A stretch of 64,000 bases of DNA from Balanoglossus misakiensis (taxonomy: Eukaryota; Animalia; Hemichordata): contig CM082585.2 of assembly GCA_040954595.2 (NCBI GenBank), positions 10,581,995 through 10,645,994 of the forward strand. Reading direction: 5' to 3'. Position 1 is the first letter of the stretch, and each line of letters opens with the position of its first letter. Below are positions 23,132 through 37,700 of this stretch, piece after piece. Position numbers and translations under genes: made by a program. Under the pieces are notes generated by a model. It was not told the origin of the DNA, did not search any database, and was given only the letters and a program-made list of their open reading frames with translations.

Positions 23132-26100
23132 GGGTTTATATCGTAATCACTAGTATTTCCTGTCGGTCCATTACCGCGCTGTGAAAGAACAAAGCTTCGG
23201 GAATCGAACGTACAGGTGAATAAGCTGTCCAGCAGAACTTAATTTCAAAATAATTGACGGAATAATGTTTTTTTATTTAATTAGATTAAAATGCAACGCA
23301 AGATGCGTGTAAATTCGTTAAAACAACACGCGTCGGTTTTTTGCAATCTGAGATAACCGGTGCTGTATGAGAAACCGGGGATTCCATAAATTTAAACTTC
23401 GTGTAGGCTTGATTACGACCGCTCCACTTGGAAAAGCACCATTTTAATTCAAATCCGAATGCCGCTGATTTTGAGATTATCTGATTGATGTCTGAATTTC
23501 GCGCTCGGTATCGATCCGGGTAGCTTTCCGTCGCCATAGCAATCTGCCTTCGCAGTTTCTCCTTAGTAACCGTTTAAATTGAAGTCACAATCACTCTGGT
23601 TGTCCCATCTCTGTTTACAAAGTTAGCAGGACACGTGACTACTGTGACGTTACCGTGACTTCACTTCTCGACCAGAAAGTTCGGTTCCCACCCATCCCCC
23701 GGAAATAATCAGATAATACTTAAGACAATGCTAGTTTTACATTAGCTCACGACTATTATGGCCCAAACCATTCGATTTCTGGGGGTGGAGGATTTGGGTC
23801 AGCGATTAGTTTTTCAGGCACTATTACAACAATTCTTTTCGATTGCCAGTCCACATTTTGGCTATTGGCTATAGGGAGCAAAGTCAACTCAGGTGCATTC
23901 TATTTCACAGAACGTGCGCATCGCGAAACGACGGCGATTATTAAGTAATTATGATAATAAAACCCGGTTGTCCCACTTTCCCACTCGACTCTTAAAATCT
24001 TACAGAGGTGATAAAAGTTTCAAAAGTATAACTAGATTTCTAAATCCCTAACCAAACGGTCCATGCGCGCTCTTAATGCGCCGCACACGCGAACGCAATT
24101 GCCGACCGTATAACTTGACACCAAAATAAATTTGCTCAAATGATAAACGTTATTACACGGCCCTCTCTGATTCCAGCAAACACTCAAAGCAGAGAAACCT
24201 ACCCCCCCCCCCCCCCCCCCCATCGCAGCCGTTGTAAGGTTATGAAGTCAAAGGCCTGTCTGGTCTATATGTCGCTTGTCGACTCGTCTTGTTAGAGCGA
24301 TACGGAATGCCTATTTTCTTTGACCTGTACATCGCATTTATCACACACAACGAATATTCTGAACTTAATCAAGAATCATTGATTAACTTATAACGAGCAA
24401 TGAGAACGTTGTCCATGAACAGCGCCGCGTCTCTCCCACTGTACCCATCACACATTGACAGGTGGCTACCGCGCATGTCTGCAATACTATTATAAACAAC
24501 ACAGAGGTACTTACAATCTTCGCATTTTCTGTCGATCACGTGTCAATCGACGCTTTTTGATGAAATCTCTATGTCGTTACCTGGAGATACATAAAAAGCA
24601 TGCAAATTAAACTATGTAGTCTGGATGAACAATCTGGGATTTCTACAAACGTTTTATAAACATTTTAAGATTTTATTAGGAAATTGTCTAAGGCGGAGGC
24701 TTTATACATAATAATTTGCCAGCATAAGAATTGGTCACATGAATTGCAATAATTCAATTTACACATACAATAAATACATACAAGTAGCAGCTGTAAAACT
24801 GGAGCATAAAACAAAAGCCCCCACGTACATCAACTATAGAGGGCAGCTGTGTCTATGGCTACATCAATGCATTTGGTTGGGGGTACAGTGTTCACATATA
24901 ATTTTAGAAAGAATATTTCTTCGATGTCCCTAAAGACACTCTTCTAATTCCCTGAGGTCAAATCTGACAAAATCTGAGGGGTTTTCTTTTCTGAGGTCAT
25001 TTACACATGAGAAAAGAGTTCAGTCAAAAATGAACACAAATGTAATCTCTGAATACTTTACAAGGGGAAAGGTTTGACAGAGACATCTTTTATTTTCATT
25101 TTCTTTTCTTCGGACAAAATAACATGTAACATAATAATAACAAAAGTATAACATATTTCTAAATTGGTCACGTTAAAACCGCTCCAATGTAATAAATGGA
25201 ATGAGTATGGAAAAGAAATGGGAGGTACGTAAATTTGTGTTGAAATTGTACATAACTTGTGTCTTCATAATTTGTTGCTACAACACGTAATTATTAAAAT
25301 ATTACATTTCTACCTTTTTTTGTACACGATACATTCATTTTCTAGATAGGAACAAAGACAGCTTAAGAAATACGGGTCAGCGTGATGTGGCTTAGAAGTC
25401 TGCCCTCTATAATCAAATTCATATTTCTTTCGTTCTTATTTTTATGACAATTAACATCACTACTTTCTTTGTACAATTGGAAGAGTCTTGGATAATATCT
25501 ACGGTGGGTTAGCGCTACGTTATGGGAATTCAGAAAGTTTTTACAGGTGATCTAATTATCATTTTAACGTGCATAGCTATAGAATACTGTACAGATCTCG
25601 CATAAAATATATCAATGATCGAACCACGGCAAAAACACGAGAGAGCACAATTTTTTTTTTCCAAGAGAAATATGTGACACAAGCACCAAAGTTTCAGCAC
25701 AAACATTTTCGGTAAATTTCACTCTGAATGTCAACAGCACTGAGGTAATTGCCAATTCAGCCTGACTGATCTCAACGCAACCAGCAGCAAGTCGTTCCGC
25801 GACATTTCTGTCTCAAATCTGCAGAGAATTTGCATTTTTTCTGCCTCGATTCTATTCCTGGCAAGCAAATCTTTCAGGGCTCAACTCATGCAGTCATAAA
25901 AATGACAACTATTAATTGCAATGCCTTCAGTTCAAGGGTATCATACTAATGTATCATTTGTGGTAGTCTGCAGGTGAAGTGAATAATAAATGGAAGGGCA
26001 AGGGAGGTAAACAATAGGTGGAACAGCCATAAAAGATGGCAAGAAATGTGTGAGCTACAGAAGAAACAAAAGCTCTTGCCTATCTTGACAAACATAGATG

Positions 26101-28427
26101 CAAGACTCCTAGGAGTTCTTGATGAATAAGCTAATAAATCTTCAAGTTTTTTTAAAGAAAGTTTACATCAGTTGGTCTATACAATTATTCTGACATAAGT
26201 TTATGCATGATAAAAATTATACATCTCTTTCCAGACTTGGTTTTCAAACATGACAGATACTTTGAATAGCAGTTTTTGGTGATTAAAAGTTTTACAACAT
26301 ATCTTGTTCGATGCTGTTTGAGACCTTTGACCATAAAAGTTGATGCATGTTTTATGAAATCATTTAGGGTGAACTGAGGCAATCAGAGAGTTACTTTTAT
26401 ATAAAGTGGCAATAATTGTGTATTAAAATTAGCTTGTGGTACCATGGCAATATATGGGGGAAAATTCACAGCAATGGGCTAAAAGGTGCTGTAACACACA
26501 GACACAGGTAAATATTAAAATGTCTAAAATCTGGTCTTTTGATAAAAATGAATGCCATGGTTACAGTAAAGGCATTGCAAAGACCCTGAAATTGCACTTT
26601 CATTGCATCAGCTTTTACGGTCAACATCTCCTGTGAAATATTTGGTTTGATAATATTTACACAGCTACCATTAATTTAGTTTCTGATTACTTCAGGCTTA
26701 CTTGGTCAAGGCAAGTCATCTTTCAATTACTGTACTCTTAACCAAACAGCCTGTGAAGAGCTTTTTTTTTTTATTTGAAATAAAAAAGTGAATATCTGCT
26801 TTTTAATCACTCATCCTTTGATAGAAATATGAGGCCATTACCCACAATTCAATTTTCTCTCATGAAAGGTCATAAGGTCAACAAGTCCCATTTCCCATGA
26901 ATCAAATCACACAATACTGGTGAAGACACTCAAATTCATTTCAATCAATCAATTTTCTTCGACACTGTTCCCAGCTTACTAATCCTACCTAGATGAGATA
27001 GACTGTTCTGCAATTTTTTTAGTTATAAGTAATTTTATTAATTTATGCTCAACTGATGCATATGTTAATGAGGGTCACAAAAACTATAAGACAGTAATTT
27101 TCAAATCGTCAACTATAAAAGGACAAATAATTTTTTATGACTAAAATTATTGCTTATCTACATGTTTTTGTGTTTTCATTAATGACCTTTGACCCCATGA
27201 ATATAGTGATTTTGATTTTGAAATACCTCGCATCTCATTTAAAAAGGGAGGTTTACTCTAAAATGTTGGCAGGTGGAAGTTAAGATAATATTTTACTTAG
27301 CACTTTTGTTTTGTGGACTAACTACATTTTCCTGTTGTACTCCCCACAGCACATTGAAGTGTCCTTTTATTATTTTGTTCGTCAGCACAGAAATGTCACA
27401 CAGCAGGACAGAAATGGAAAAGCTTTGTTGGAAAGTTGAGTACTGGACATTTTGACCTGCTTTAGGGAGTAGAACAAGACTTGGAGTTCCAAAACAGTTC
27501 AACAATTCCAATAAAATTATCAAAAGTCACAGGCAGTATTTCTTCAAAGTGAATATGTGACTGTATCCGTAGTCACGAATATATGTTTAAAAAATGACGT
27601 AGTCTAAATTGGTTGGCAAGTTTTGACTTCTTTTTTGGCGTGCAACAAATCATTGCACCAGCCAAATGGAATGTCAGCAAACTGTTATCAGCATTTTCGC
27701 ACTGAACTAGCAATGCTTTCATGAACTCACCTACACTATGAGCAACCAGCTGCATTGTCAAGGCGATACTGGAATGACTTGGGTCAGTTGCAATTGATCA
27801 GTTGCAAACTATTTTGTCTGCTGTTGGGACCAGGGGTTGTCAGACTGTGAGAAACAGAGAAAAAATATGCTCATACCGATTATTATCGAATATTATGAAT
27901 TTGATTTTCATTACCTGTGGTGAATATTTTTTGAGGACATTTACGACCAAGATCAAAACACCCCTGATCTTCAGATAAGGACACCCTTCTGTTTCAATTT
28001 GCAAATAGCCACGATGAGGAAATGGCAGTTTAGCTAAGCAAGCTTGCAGATACGCTAAATAAGGCTTGTTTTTGAGCCCTGCTCTGTTGCTAGGGGAAAA
28101 GTGACAGTAATACTAAATACAGAAATAGTGGGAAAAATACGAGAGGGTCTAAAAATACAACACACTTTTGGAACCAAGGAGGATGTAACAAACAGCAGTG
28201 TAAATAAGTTTCACTGAGTGAAGGTGAATTTATGACAAAAAAGCAAATCTGAGAAAAAGGAAATCAGAATATAACTATATTCATTACTGCTTTCCTTTTC
28301 AATTAAAATTTATGAGCAAACTGTACACAGCAGAGTTGGTGACCATGGTAATATCAGAATAAAAATACCTGAATTTTGGTTATATTACTAGTCTACGGTC
28401 TAAGAAAACTAAAGTGTTCTTTAAACA

Positions 28428-31400
28428 TCATCCATCGAGGGGCGGTCCTAGATACACCATGGCTATTTCTGTATTTCCATAAACGGCAGATACAGCTGGA
28501 TAGAGGTTGACGTTCGGTAGACCTCGGAATGCAACACCTAGAAATTCATATCCCCTTTCAAATGCTACGTAGTTGTCTTCCATGTCTAGTATAACCCGTA
28601 TTCTGTCTCCCACCTGCAAGAGAGGAAGAGAGTGAAGGAGTCAGATATGAAGATATGGTGCTTGTCCGTCCGTCTGTCTGTCACAGTCACTGCTCTTATA
28701 GCAGCACTCCCTTTTGTAAAATATCTTAAAGGTACACAGTCACCTACGCAATTTCTACACAAGAAGTCTGCATATTTTGCATAAATATCGCCAATGTCAC
28801 AGTTTCGACAGTAGCTCAGAGACATAAAAAAAAAGAAATGATAAGTGAATCATCATGGAGTCATTCTGAGAAAACAAATATCGAGTCATTAATATGATGA
28901 CAATTTTCATTGTCCCCATGGAACATGTGCCTGATGAAATGTCACCGAAACAGCTTTCATGATCTCGTAATACATAAAACTCACTCACATCTGTCATGAC
29001 TCCAATATTCCCCTGTGCAATAGTGCACCTAATTGTCATGACCTACTATTTTTTTTTTTTTTTTTGGGGGGGGGGGGGGTTGTAATCAAGTGAAATTCCA
29101 CAGCAATTGCAAGTACTCTTACCCAAACTTGAACCTTGATATTTTTACCACATACAACCCAGATTAAAAAGACTATTCTGAAATTTCTCGTAATATTAGT
29201 CATCTTGAAAAACTCCTGTGTATAATAATTCTGCGATCCATTAAGACATCTTATTATCGATTCATGATAAATGGATTGGATGAAGTGAATCATCATTTGA
29301 GGAAAACAGTTGAACTGAATGTCATAATTGTCACTGCTTTTCGCAAAACTATCATTAATCAATCAGTCAATTTATATTTTTGAAATGTTTGCAGACTCTG
29401 ATAGATTTTCAGGCAGGTACCATATCGTGTTTTCAGGTAACAAGTGAAGATCTTGAACTCAAACATACTTTGTGGCTTTCCAGTGGCCTAGTTACACTTC
29501 CTGCCAATTTCATCTGACAAAGTGGGTTGCTAATTCGCGTACTACATCCTCTCAAGTCGGCGCAAACGCAGTTGACCTTGAGAATTAATACACGGCAACG
29601 GAAAATTAATCAATTAAATAATGGACAGCATGAAAAGGGATTTTCTGTATTAAACTATCAAAGTCCTAATACATCAATAGATGGCTCTAATAATCAAGAA
29701 ATAGCGATCTCAGAAATTCAGGATACCATTTCTGCTGGGGCTAGGGAACTGTTTAATCAAATATTTATTTGCCAGAAGAGGTACCTCTTTTAGATGGAGA
29801 AGTCCGTGTAATGCAAAGGTGGGAATTTTTTATTTGAAATTCAACACACTGTGCATTGTCCCCACAGAAGTAATCAGTGATGCTTCCTCGTATGTGTTAT
29901 GTAGTTCATTCATGTAACATGTACGGGAGGCGGCCATTTCCTCAAACTCAATTACACCTTCAAGGACATATGATCCCATCTCAATGTCACCTCGCCCTTG
30001 TTACAATGTACACACAACTGGTATGAATACAGCTGTCCCACATTATGGTCAAGGCCACACTTACCGGCGTAATTAAAACAAGCAGGCCTGTCACAAAACG
30101 AAACTGACAGAGTTAAAAATACCAATGGATCCAAGAAACGCTGGAGGAAGGAGCATCATTCATGTCATTTTATGGTTTAATTAATTGCTGGCAGAGTACA
30201 GGGTACACGGCAATTGCCTTTATTCAGAAGTGGACCAAGGAAATATGCAAATTATAAACTTGACCTTTTATAAGCTCTATGAGAATTATTATATGAAATA
30301 AACTTGTCATTTGCATTTCATTGAAGACTAAATTGTCCTTGTGAATGTGTGTGCTTTAACTTCATTCAATCCCACGCAAATATCTCTTTTTTGAACAATG
30401 ACTTACTGACAGGATGGGCCCCTGTGTAAATTTTGCATATCGGAGATTTCGATTTCATAAGGGTTTAGGGAGTTTATTACAAGGTTGGAAGTATTACGTG
30501 GATTGATGGAGCTAGTTGTTATTTCTTTCACAGAAGAGAGGAGTACGTATTCCTAACATATGATCAGATGCTGCAGAAGAGTGGCTGGTTCTGCCTTGAA
30601 AAGAAAACAAAATTAATGTTTATTGGGTTCTAATGAAAGGACTGCCTCACAATTGAAGAAAAATACAATTGAATCCTGTAAAAATACATTATCCATCATC
30701 AGCACTATTTTTTCACTTTTTGCTAATTAATGGCAAATCTAATTAAATTGTGTTCATTCAAGCAGAATTTTTTGGATAGACTGTTAGAAATCTGCATTTT
30801 AGGTTTAGTTTATTCAGTAAATACACACAGTAGACAGTTCTGTGAAATATTACGCAATTATGAATGGAAAGTACTGCATCGACTTGTGAATAGTTCAAGG
30901 ACAGGTCAGATAACTCATTACCATCAATCAAATATGACAAGGCACGTTGCACTGGAAAAAACAGTCAAAATTGTGAATTGTTTGAGATGAAAAAGATTAC
31001 TACTATTTCTGATTTTCATTTGAGAAATGAATTAAATTGCCGTGATATATTACAAATACCAGTTTCTTTATTCAAAGGGCTTAAATTACATGTACACCGA
31101 CTGTAAGCGGAGCTTTTCCAACTGACAACTCAGTGAGTGAGGTTTATGTTCAGCGATTGAAGATAACCACACTTGCCTTCCGAAACTGTAGTTGCAATAA
31201 TTGTAGCTTTGGTGGACTGGCTGGATCGCGCTGACAGCCCAGCAGTGCAATCCAGCCACCCAATAAGCCCACCAAGTCTACAATTATTGTAGCTACAGAA
31301 ACTGGTGATTTTGTTGCAAGTACTTTTTTTTACAAACAATGTCACTGTGTGTGTATTAGAGCTATGTATAGAAGGTAATTGCTCATAAACTCCTCAAGTA

Positions 31401-32167
31401 GGAGGAAAGGTGATGACTTGTTGTGAGCATCTTAGCAGATACTGCAGGCAACCTGTCATACCATGGGTGCTGAAAATTCTCACGCGTTATTAACAGTGAG
31501 ATAAAGCGTTTGACAGTCAAATAAAAATTTATGTCTGGATCATAAAATCCAATACACCGTTAATAATTACTGGTTGCGACTGCAATGAACTTACCTCATA
31601 TTTGGGTGCATTATTACACTGTGGAAAGTTGCCCTGATTGTCTCCGTTATGTATAAGGTAATTGTCAACTAAGTTCCAACCCCAACTTTGATCGTCACTG
31701 CCCAACAGGGCAACGTACCCTTGGCACTGCATAGGGGCATTTTTGGTGGCCAAACCGACGACTGCCACCGTCCCAAGTGGTCCTTCCCACCACACTTCCC
31801 ACGCATGCCGACCGCTATTGAACCCCACTTTGCCCCTAGCCCCATCAGTACTTTGTGCAACTGGGTTCCTATGAATTATGAAGCCATTCGGCTTGACGTG
31901 AACGTTTCGCGAGCAATCATTAGCGTTCCAGCCATGATAAAACGCTCGCACTTTCGCCTTGTAAGTTGGTACATTACGTAGTAGATCTCCCTTGAGCGCT
32001 TCCTTGTTCAGGTTCCGTAGACAAACTAACCTCCACACAGAATTGTTCTCGTCTTGCAGGAAGCCATGCCACCTCTTGCAGACCAGGGCACAATGAAAAA
32101 GATCGGGCAAGTCAAGATAGGAAAATAGCACTTCCAGAACGGGTAAAGGCAGATTGGCCGCCGCCAT
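28428..32167 (-). CDS. FBXO45: F-box/SPRY domain-containing protein 1 (FBXO45/Fsn), ~252 aa
   Basis: Exon 1 is 32167-31595 (ATG in AATATGG context; in-frame ATGs also at 32182 and 32254). It carries the F-box [14 protein letters not shown]...CALVCKRW and the SPRY segment [15 protein letters not shown]...[16 protein letters not shown]...GWNLVDN...[11 protein letters not shown]. Exon 2 is 28613-28428, [13 protein letters not shown]...[25 protein letters not shown]. The intron is phase 0. Confidence 0.97.
28726..28743 (+). mobile_element. Probable terminus of a TTAA-target (Kolobok-like) non-autonomous DNA transposon; second copy at 61214-61231
   Basis: The identical 18-mer TTAAAGGTACACAGTCAC occurs at 28726 and 61214, with a related TTAAAGGTACA at 55646. 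TTAA followed by AGG is typical of Kolobok ends. The right ends were not identified. Confidence 0.4.
31186..31298. repeat. Long imperfect inverted repeat (hairpin/MITE-like) in the FBXO45 intron
   Basis: CTGTAGTTGCAATAATTGTAGCTTTGGTGG...TGGCTGGATCGCGCTG pairs with CAGTGCAATCCAGCCA...CCACCAAGTCTACAATTATTGTAGCTACAG. Confidence 0.8.
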
Positions 32168-34768
32168 ATTGGACGGCTTCATCACGCATGTGTGGAGCAG
32201 TCGCCGGGTGCCCTTCACTGGAGTAGAGAACAAACCGTGATCCAACCCGTACACACATACATGGGCGGAACCATTATTATGAAACTGTCATGCGATGACC
32301 CCTGTACGATCAAATTCTCACATGAAATAAAAATGAAAATACTGACAAAAGGCCATGAAGATGGTCAAGTTGCCTTTCGAAATCATTGTAATGAGCACAG
32401 CGTCCTCACACGTCAGGATGGAGATATACTGTACTTAGAACCATGAGAACTGTTTAGCGAGAGACCCCCGCCCGGGGGCGCACAGTCCATCAATCGTTTC
32501 CCAGCAGAGTACGTGGGTGGCGAAAATGTATCGTGAAAATATCTGCAAGTTATTGTAGGGGCAATGTTAGCTATTTTCTATTAAAACTTTCTCAATTCAT
32601 TTTAAAATCTGCGGGGTTCAGGAGTGTTCACTGAATGTTTGTGTAAAAATGACGACAAAAACTAATTCATCTTGTCAAAGCTCCAAAAGTGAAGTAGCCA
32701 GCCAATAAGATAACAACTAGGAAGCCAAAAACACTTGATATACATTATATTTTATTAGAAGACAACTTTTCCCCCATAGACATGATACAATATGTACAAA
32801 CTTGAAATTTTTCACAATTAAGCAAATTATTTTATGGGTAAGAAAAGTGACACGTACAATGCAAAAATTCATATCTTACAAAGGTGCAACATTTCCAACC
32901 TTCTTGCGAGTAAGATGATCTATAAATTATTATCAAACACCATGCATATTTTTAAGCTCTGCTTTGCATTTTTATATTAAATATTTTCATTGAAAATATA
33001 CTCTGGTTGATTTGTTGCCAAAGTCAAACAAATATAGCCTTGCCCAGTGTTGGTGAAAACATTTCAAAATTAAGGCCACATTTTTTTCCTCAGAAATAGT
33101 GATTATTTTTCAAAAGATTTTGCCCTCCACCTGTGGTCAAAAAATATTTCACAATGCCGACTCATGTATTATAAAAAATTAATGCTACAAAGGCTACAAA
33201 GAAAATAAACTTTCAAACTGAAACATCTCCATTGATGTTACATGGAGTTGTCTTAATTTTCATCTGAATTGTGAATCTGCCAGTTTAAGTTTTGCACTAT
33301 CGTGATTTTGAATTTATTTCGAGACCAGATTGGTAAAATTGGCAAGTCAGAGAAAGAAAATATCAAAATAACGGTCAAGTGATGCCTTGCCTAATACATG
33401 TACCCTGTGAATTGTGTGTACTTCTGGTGAGAATGCTGAGTCAGAGTTGCCATACAGGATTGAAAAGAAAATTAGTGTCGACACAAAACAGTACTGCAGA
33501 ATCTACGGTAAGAGATATTTTAAGGGTGTGATGTTGGAGATGGTGTGACCTGGAATACAAAAATGGTACTCTTTGTCTACTCGACAGAATTAATTACGTG
33601 AAGTTGGGTCCATTCAATGCAAAACAATATGGCAGTGACGTCTTTGTACTCAAATAATTCAAGAAAAAAATGTACAAATTTCCTTTTCCATCATTGGGAG
33701 TATCACTGGGCAAGATTTTGGGTGTGGCAACGATTTCAATGAAATTATTTAAAACAAAACTCGGCACTTATCGCACTGGTTTGTTTGTACAAAAATCAAC
33801 TACAGGAGAAAAAAATATGCTTGTCAGAAATGAAAAGTACTCTAAACGTAAAATGTCTCGTCCAATGTATTCTTCACTTTGGAATAAACCAATAATTATA
33901 CGGGGGGGGGGGGGGGGGGGGGTCACTAGCAACATTATTTTTCCTAGCCTGGTAGTGTCATAGGAGACACACATGTTAAAATCTTCTCAGTAGCCACCAA
34001 ATTCTACTGTGAAAACTTCACCCTAAAATCATCCATGATATGGTTGCACTTTTGAAGGTCTCCATAACACTCAAAACTTTGCATATTCATGAGAGTCAAG
34101 GTTGCAACATAGAGGCACTCATTTTTGTCTGAACAAAAGTTTTTGGCAATGTTCCATCAGGTGTTGCTTTCAAAACACCCTCTGGAATTAGTCATGTTTG
34201 TTCATTAAATAAAATTAGCTGAACAGATAGGGTAGTGATCATATGACAATTTCAGTTCACTTATCAATATTAACACATTAAATTTGCTGGGCAATGTTGT
34301 ATGCAGAAATTTATTAAAGGCAAAACAAAAATCAAGTGTTTTCTCTGGAAAAAAAGAAAAGTTTGTGGGATGACAATTATCATCAGATCTTGAATAGTCT
34401 AAAATAAAACTGTATTTTTTCAACTGAAGATAAAAGTCTAGGTAAGGCATTGTGGGTGTTTTGTCTTCAGTTTTGTGCTTTGCATTGGTAACAATCTGTC
34501 AATTTTGTCGTTCTCGTAAACCCACCCCGAGTCAAATCAGAGTTTCCCCGTCTCATAACATCTTCTAATCTGGCAATCAACATTCCACACCTCACAGCTC
34601 AGGATGTCCTGTGCACACGGCCCAAAGCTGACGGCATGCACATCTGCATAAATGTCAACATCTCTGAAACTTGTCTCCATCCTGTTTTATTTTTAACGAC
34701 AGTCGGCAAGTTCCAATCTGACACACAGATCAACATTTTTATTTCTATCTATCCGTAGTTCTTTTAAG

Positions 34769-37700
34769 TCACACTGCAGAAGTCTGTTTGTGTGTCTTAG
34801 CAACAAGCGCTTGAACCGTCATTCCTAGTTTCAGAGGACTCTTCTCCTCAATGATGTCAGCTGCTGAACAAACCTTGTCCTGTTAACAGCAAGAAAAAAA
34901 CGACAGTCTTACAATAGTTTCAAGAATAAGACATTTCTCTGCATCACAAAGAAATGCTAAATCTGAATCAAATGTGAATAACCACTTGCCTCTACAAGCT
35001 TACCTGTGCCACTCCTATTTTGCGACAGGCTTCGATGAAGTTTTCCACATTCCGCCGACACTTGGCCAGGGTTAGCTTGGGCTGAGAGAGAAAGAAAACA
35101 TTTTAGAAGTACATTGTATATACACATTCATGTTAGCAACATCATTCTGAACATGTGTTTGTTTGTATAGATCATGTGAGTAGGGACTCGATCCTCTATC
35201 CTGTTGAAACATCCTTTTTGGGGGATGTGGGTTTGGTGTATACGTATTGGTTTTGTGCCCAGACTTGATTGCTACACGAGTCAGTATGGTAGGTCTGGGT
35301 TTGAATCTTTTAAACACATGCATGTTCTTCTGGAATCAGTGACTTTGCTCTTGCAGTGAAATATAATAATTGGACTTTCAGTGTCCACTTACCACTGCCG
35401 GTGAGGGTACATGTATACTGGTGATGGCATGTGGTCTGATGTTATTGGCGAGATGACACAAAACGACACCATCTGTCAATGCAGCAAGTAAGTCATCTGG
35501 CAAGGTGACCTTGAGACGACTTTCGATAATCTGCAATAAATGAAAGAGAACCATATTTGATGATACTCGCTCTTTGACATATTTGTATTTTATTCTATTC
35601 CCCCCACCCCCACCCTCCCAAGACCAGAACTGAGTGAAGTGGAAAATGGTTTCACCAAGACGTTTAATATTTTGACAAGAAATGAAATTGAAGTAAAACA
35701 TCAAAGACACTGCCATCCTTCCGTATTGTATAACTACATAAATATTAGTAAACATTGAATGAAATACCAAAAAGTGTTTACAGATCTTGTGAGAACTTTG
35801 AAAACAAATTTTCCAAACACATGCAAAGACAAAGAACATGGAGAGTTCTTATGTATGACAGAGAAATATATTGGTGTATAACAGTTGTTGCCAGGGGTGC
35901 CATGCCATTAGAAAGATAACTACGACATTTTGTGAGACCATCTACAAATTTTGACATTTTGGTTATTGTTTTTTTGGTTAATTTCAGCCTCACAACAAAC
36001 AGAGTAAGTTATACTGAGAAAAAAGAGGCATTGAAATAGATATTTTTGTCAAAATGTCAAATTCTGGAGATAGTCTCAATGAACCATGGGGTGGGGTCAG
36101 ACTGGGTCAGAGGTCATGACCTTACCTGCCGTGTAATAGACAAGGCATCCTCCTCCTCGGGGATAAATGAATGGACCCAAACAGACTGGGCAAACTATTT
36201 TCATTTTTTTAAATAAACATTTTTTGTTGGATGGATGGAAAGTTTGATTTATTTGTGCAAAGAAAGGGTAGAGAAAACAGAAAGTCGCTAGTTAGATGCT
36301 ACGCGAGAAATCTCTAATCCTGATGGTTGCATTGATGCATCTATAAATTCATGCAAAGTACTGCGGATACTATCACAAAGCAGGACTCATGTGCAGTTCA
36401 GATGACCTTCCCTCTTTTATGAGCTTATCGTCACACAGATTCTGGCCAGTTGAATTTGTAGGGAAACAAATTCACTCAGCAAGCGAGACGTACCCGTCGT
36501 AATTGCTCAAGTTGTTCCATTTCTTCTCTGACTCGTTCCATTTCTCGTTTCATGGTAAATCTGGGGTTGATCTCCTCCAGTGGTTGATTATTTGCGATTG
36601 TAAATGCTGTGATCGAAAAATGGTGATGATATGTATGAGTGTGGAAGTCCAACTAATTGTTCTATTCACTAAAAGCATGTTTATAAATATGAGGTTACAT
36701 GTATTCACAAAATACAGCTGTTTAACACAACACAGACAATTGAAAGTATCACCAAAATGTCATGTGATATTTAGGGAAAAACAAAGTTCATAGCAACGTC
36801 AAAATGCCCATAGCAACCAAAAACTTCGGAAGCTGAAATACACTCATGCTGAGCTGAGAAAAAGCACCAAACATTTCGTGCAAAATTATACGCAAAAGAA
36901 ACAGAACGTGGTCACACTGTGTGTTCTCTGTGCGAGTGATTTGTGACACAAACCAAAAAAGCAAAAGGCAAAAAACAAACGCAAATGGTGCAACAAAATA
37001 CCTGAGCGTGGTTTGAGAAGTGTGGGCATATCAGAGCTGTTGTAAGAATTCGTAGGTGTAGTGTTGTTGCTGTGGTCACTCTCTGGCGATAACCTACCGT
37101 CGCTATCTTCTTGACCTCGTAATGACGATGAATTTGTCGAATTCCGATTCTGTACAGAAAGAAACAGCAGTAGACTTGTCAGCTATTTTTTCACACCTTA
37201 TAAATCAACCGTAGCTTTAAACCCTTTCTGAGATGTATAAAAAAATTCAAATTCACTGAAATTGTGATCAACAATTCATACTTTCACAAAGTTAATGACA
37301 GCTGCTTTCTGCCTCTGCTTGGTCTTAATCTTGGCTTCTTCCAAATGTCGCCTGGCCACCTGGGCTTGATGCCTGCTGTCCGCCACCTGGTTTTCGTGTG
37401 TGATCCTCTTCTCCTCACTGTTATGATTGGTCACCTGGGAGCCATGCTGCGGACTTGATTGGCCGCTGTTGCTCTGACTGCTGCAGGAAGTGAGGACACA
37501 CAGACATTGGGGGGAAACGTCACTGAAGAGTTAAGAAATCTCAGCAAACAGACAGCTAGCATGCACTGAAACTTGAGTCAAGACTTCCATAAGGCCCTAT
37601 TCCTAAATTTGTATTTAATTTTCAGGGGAATTAATGTATTAACCAATGTTAACCTGTCCCTAATGAAACAGTGTGATCCAAAACTAAAAATTACAGTACA

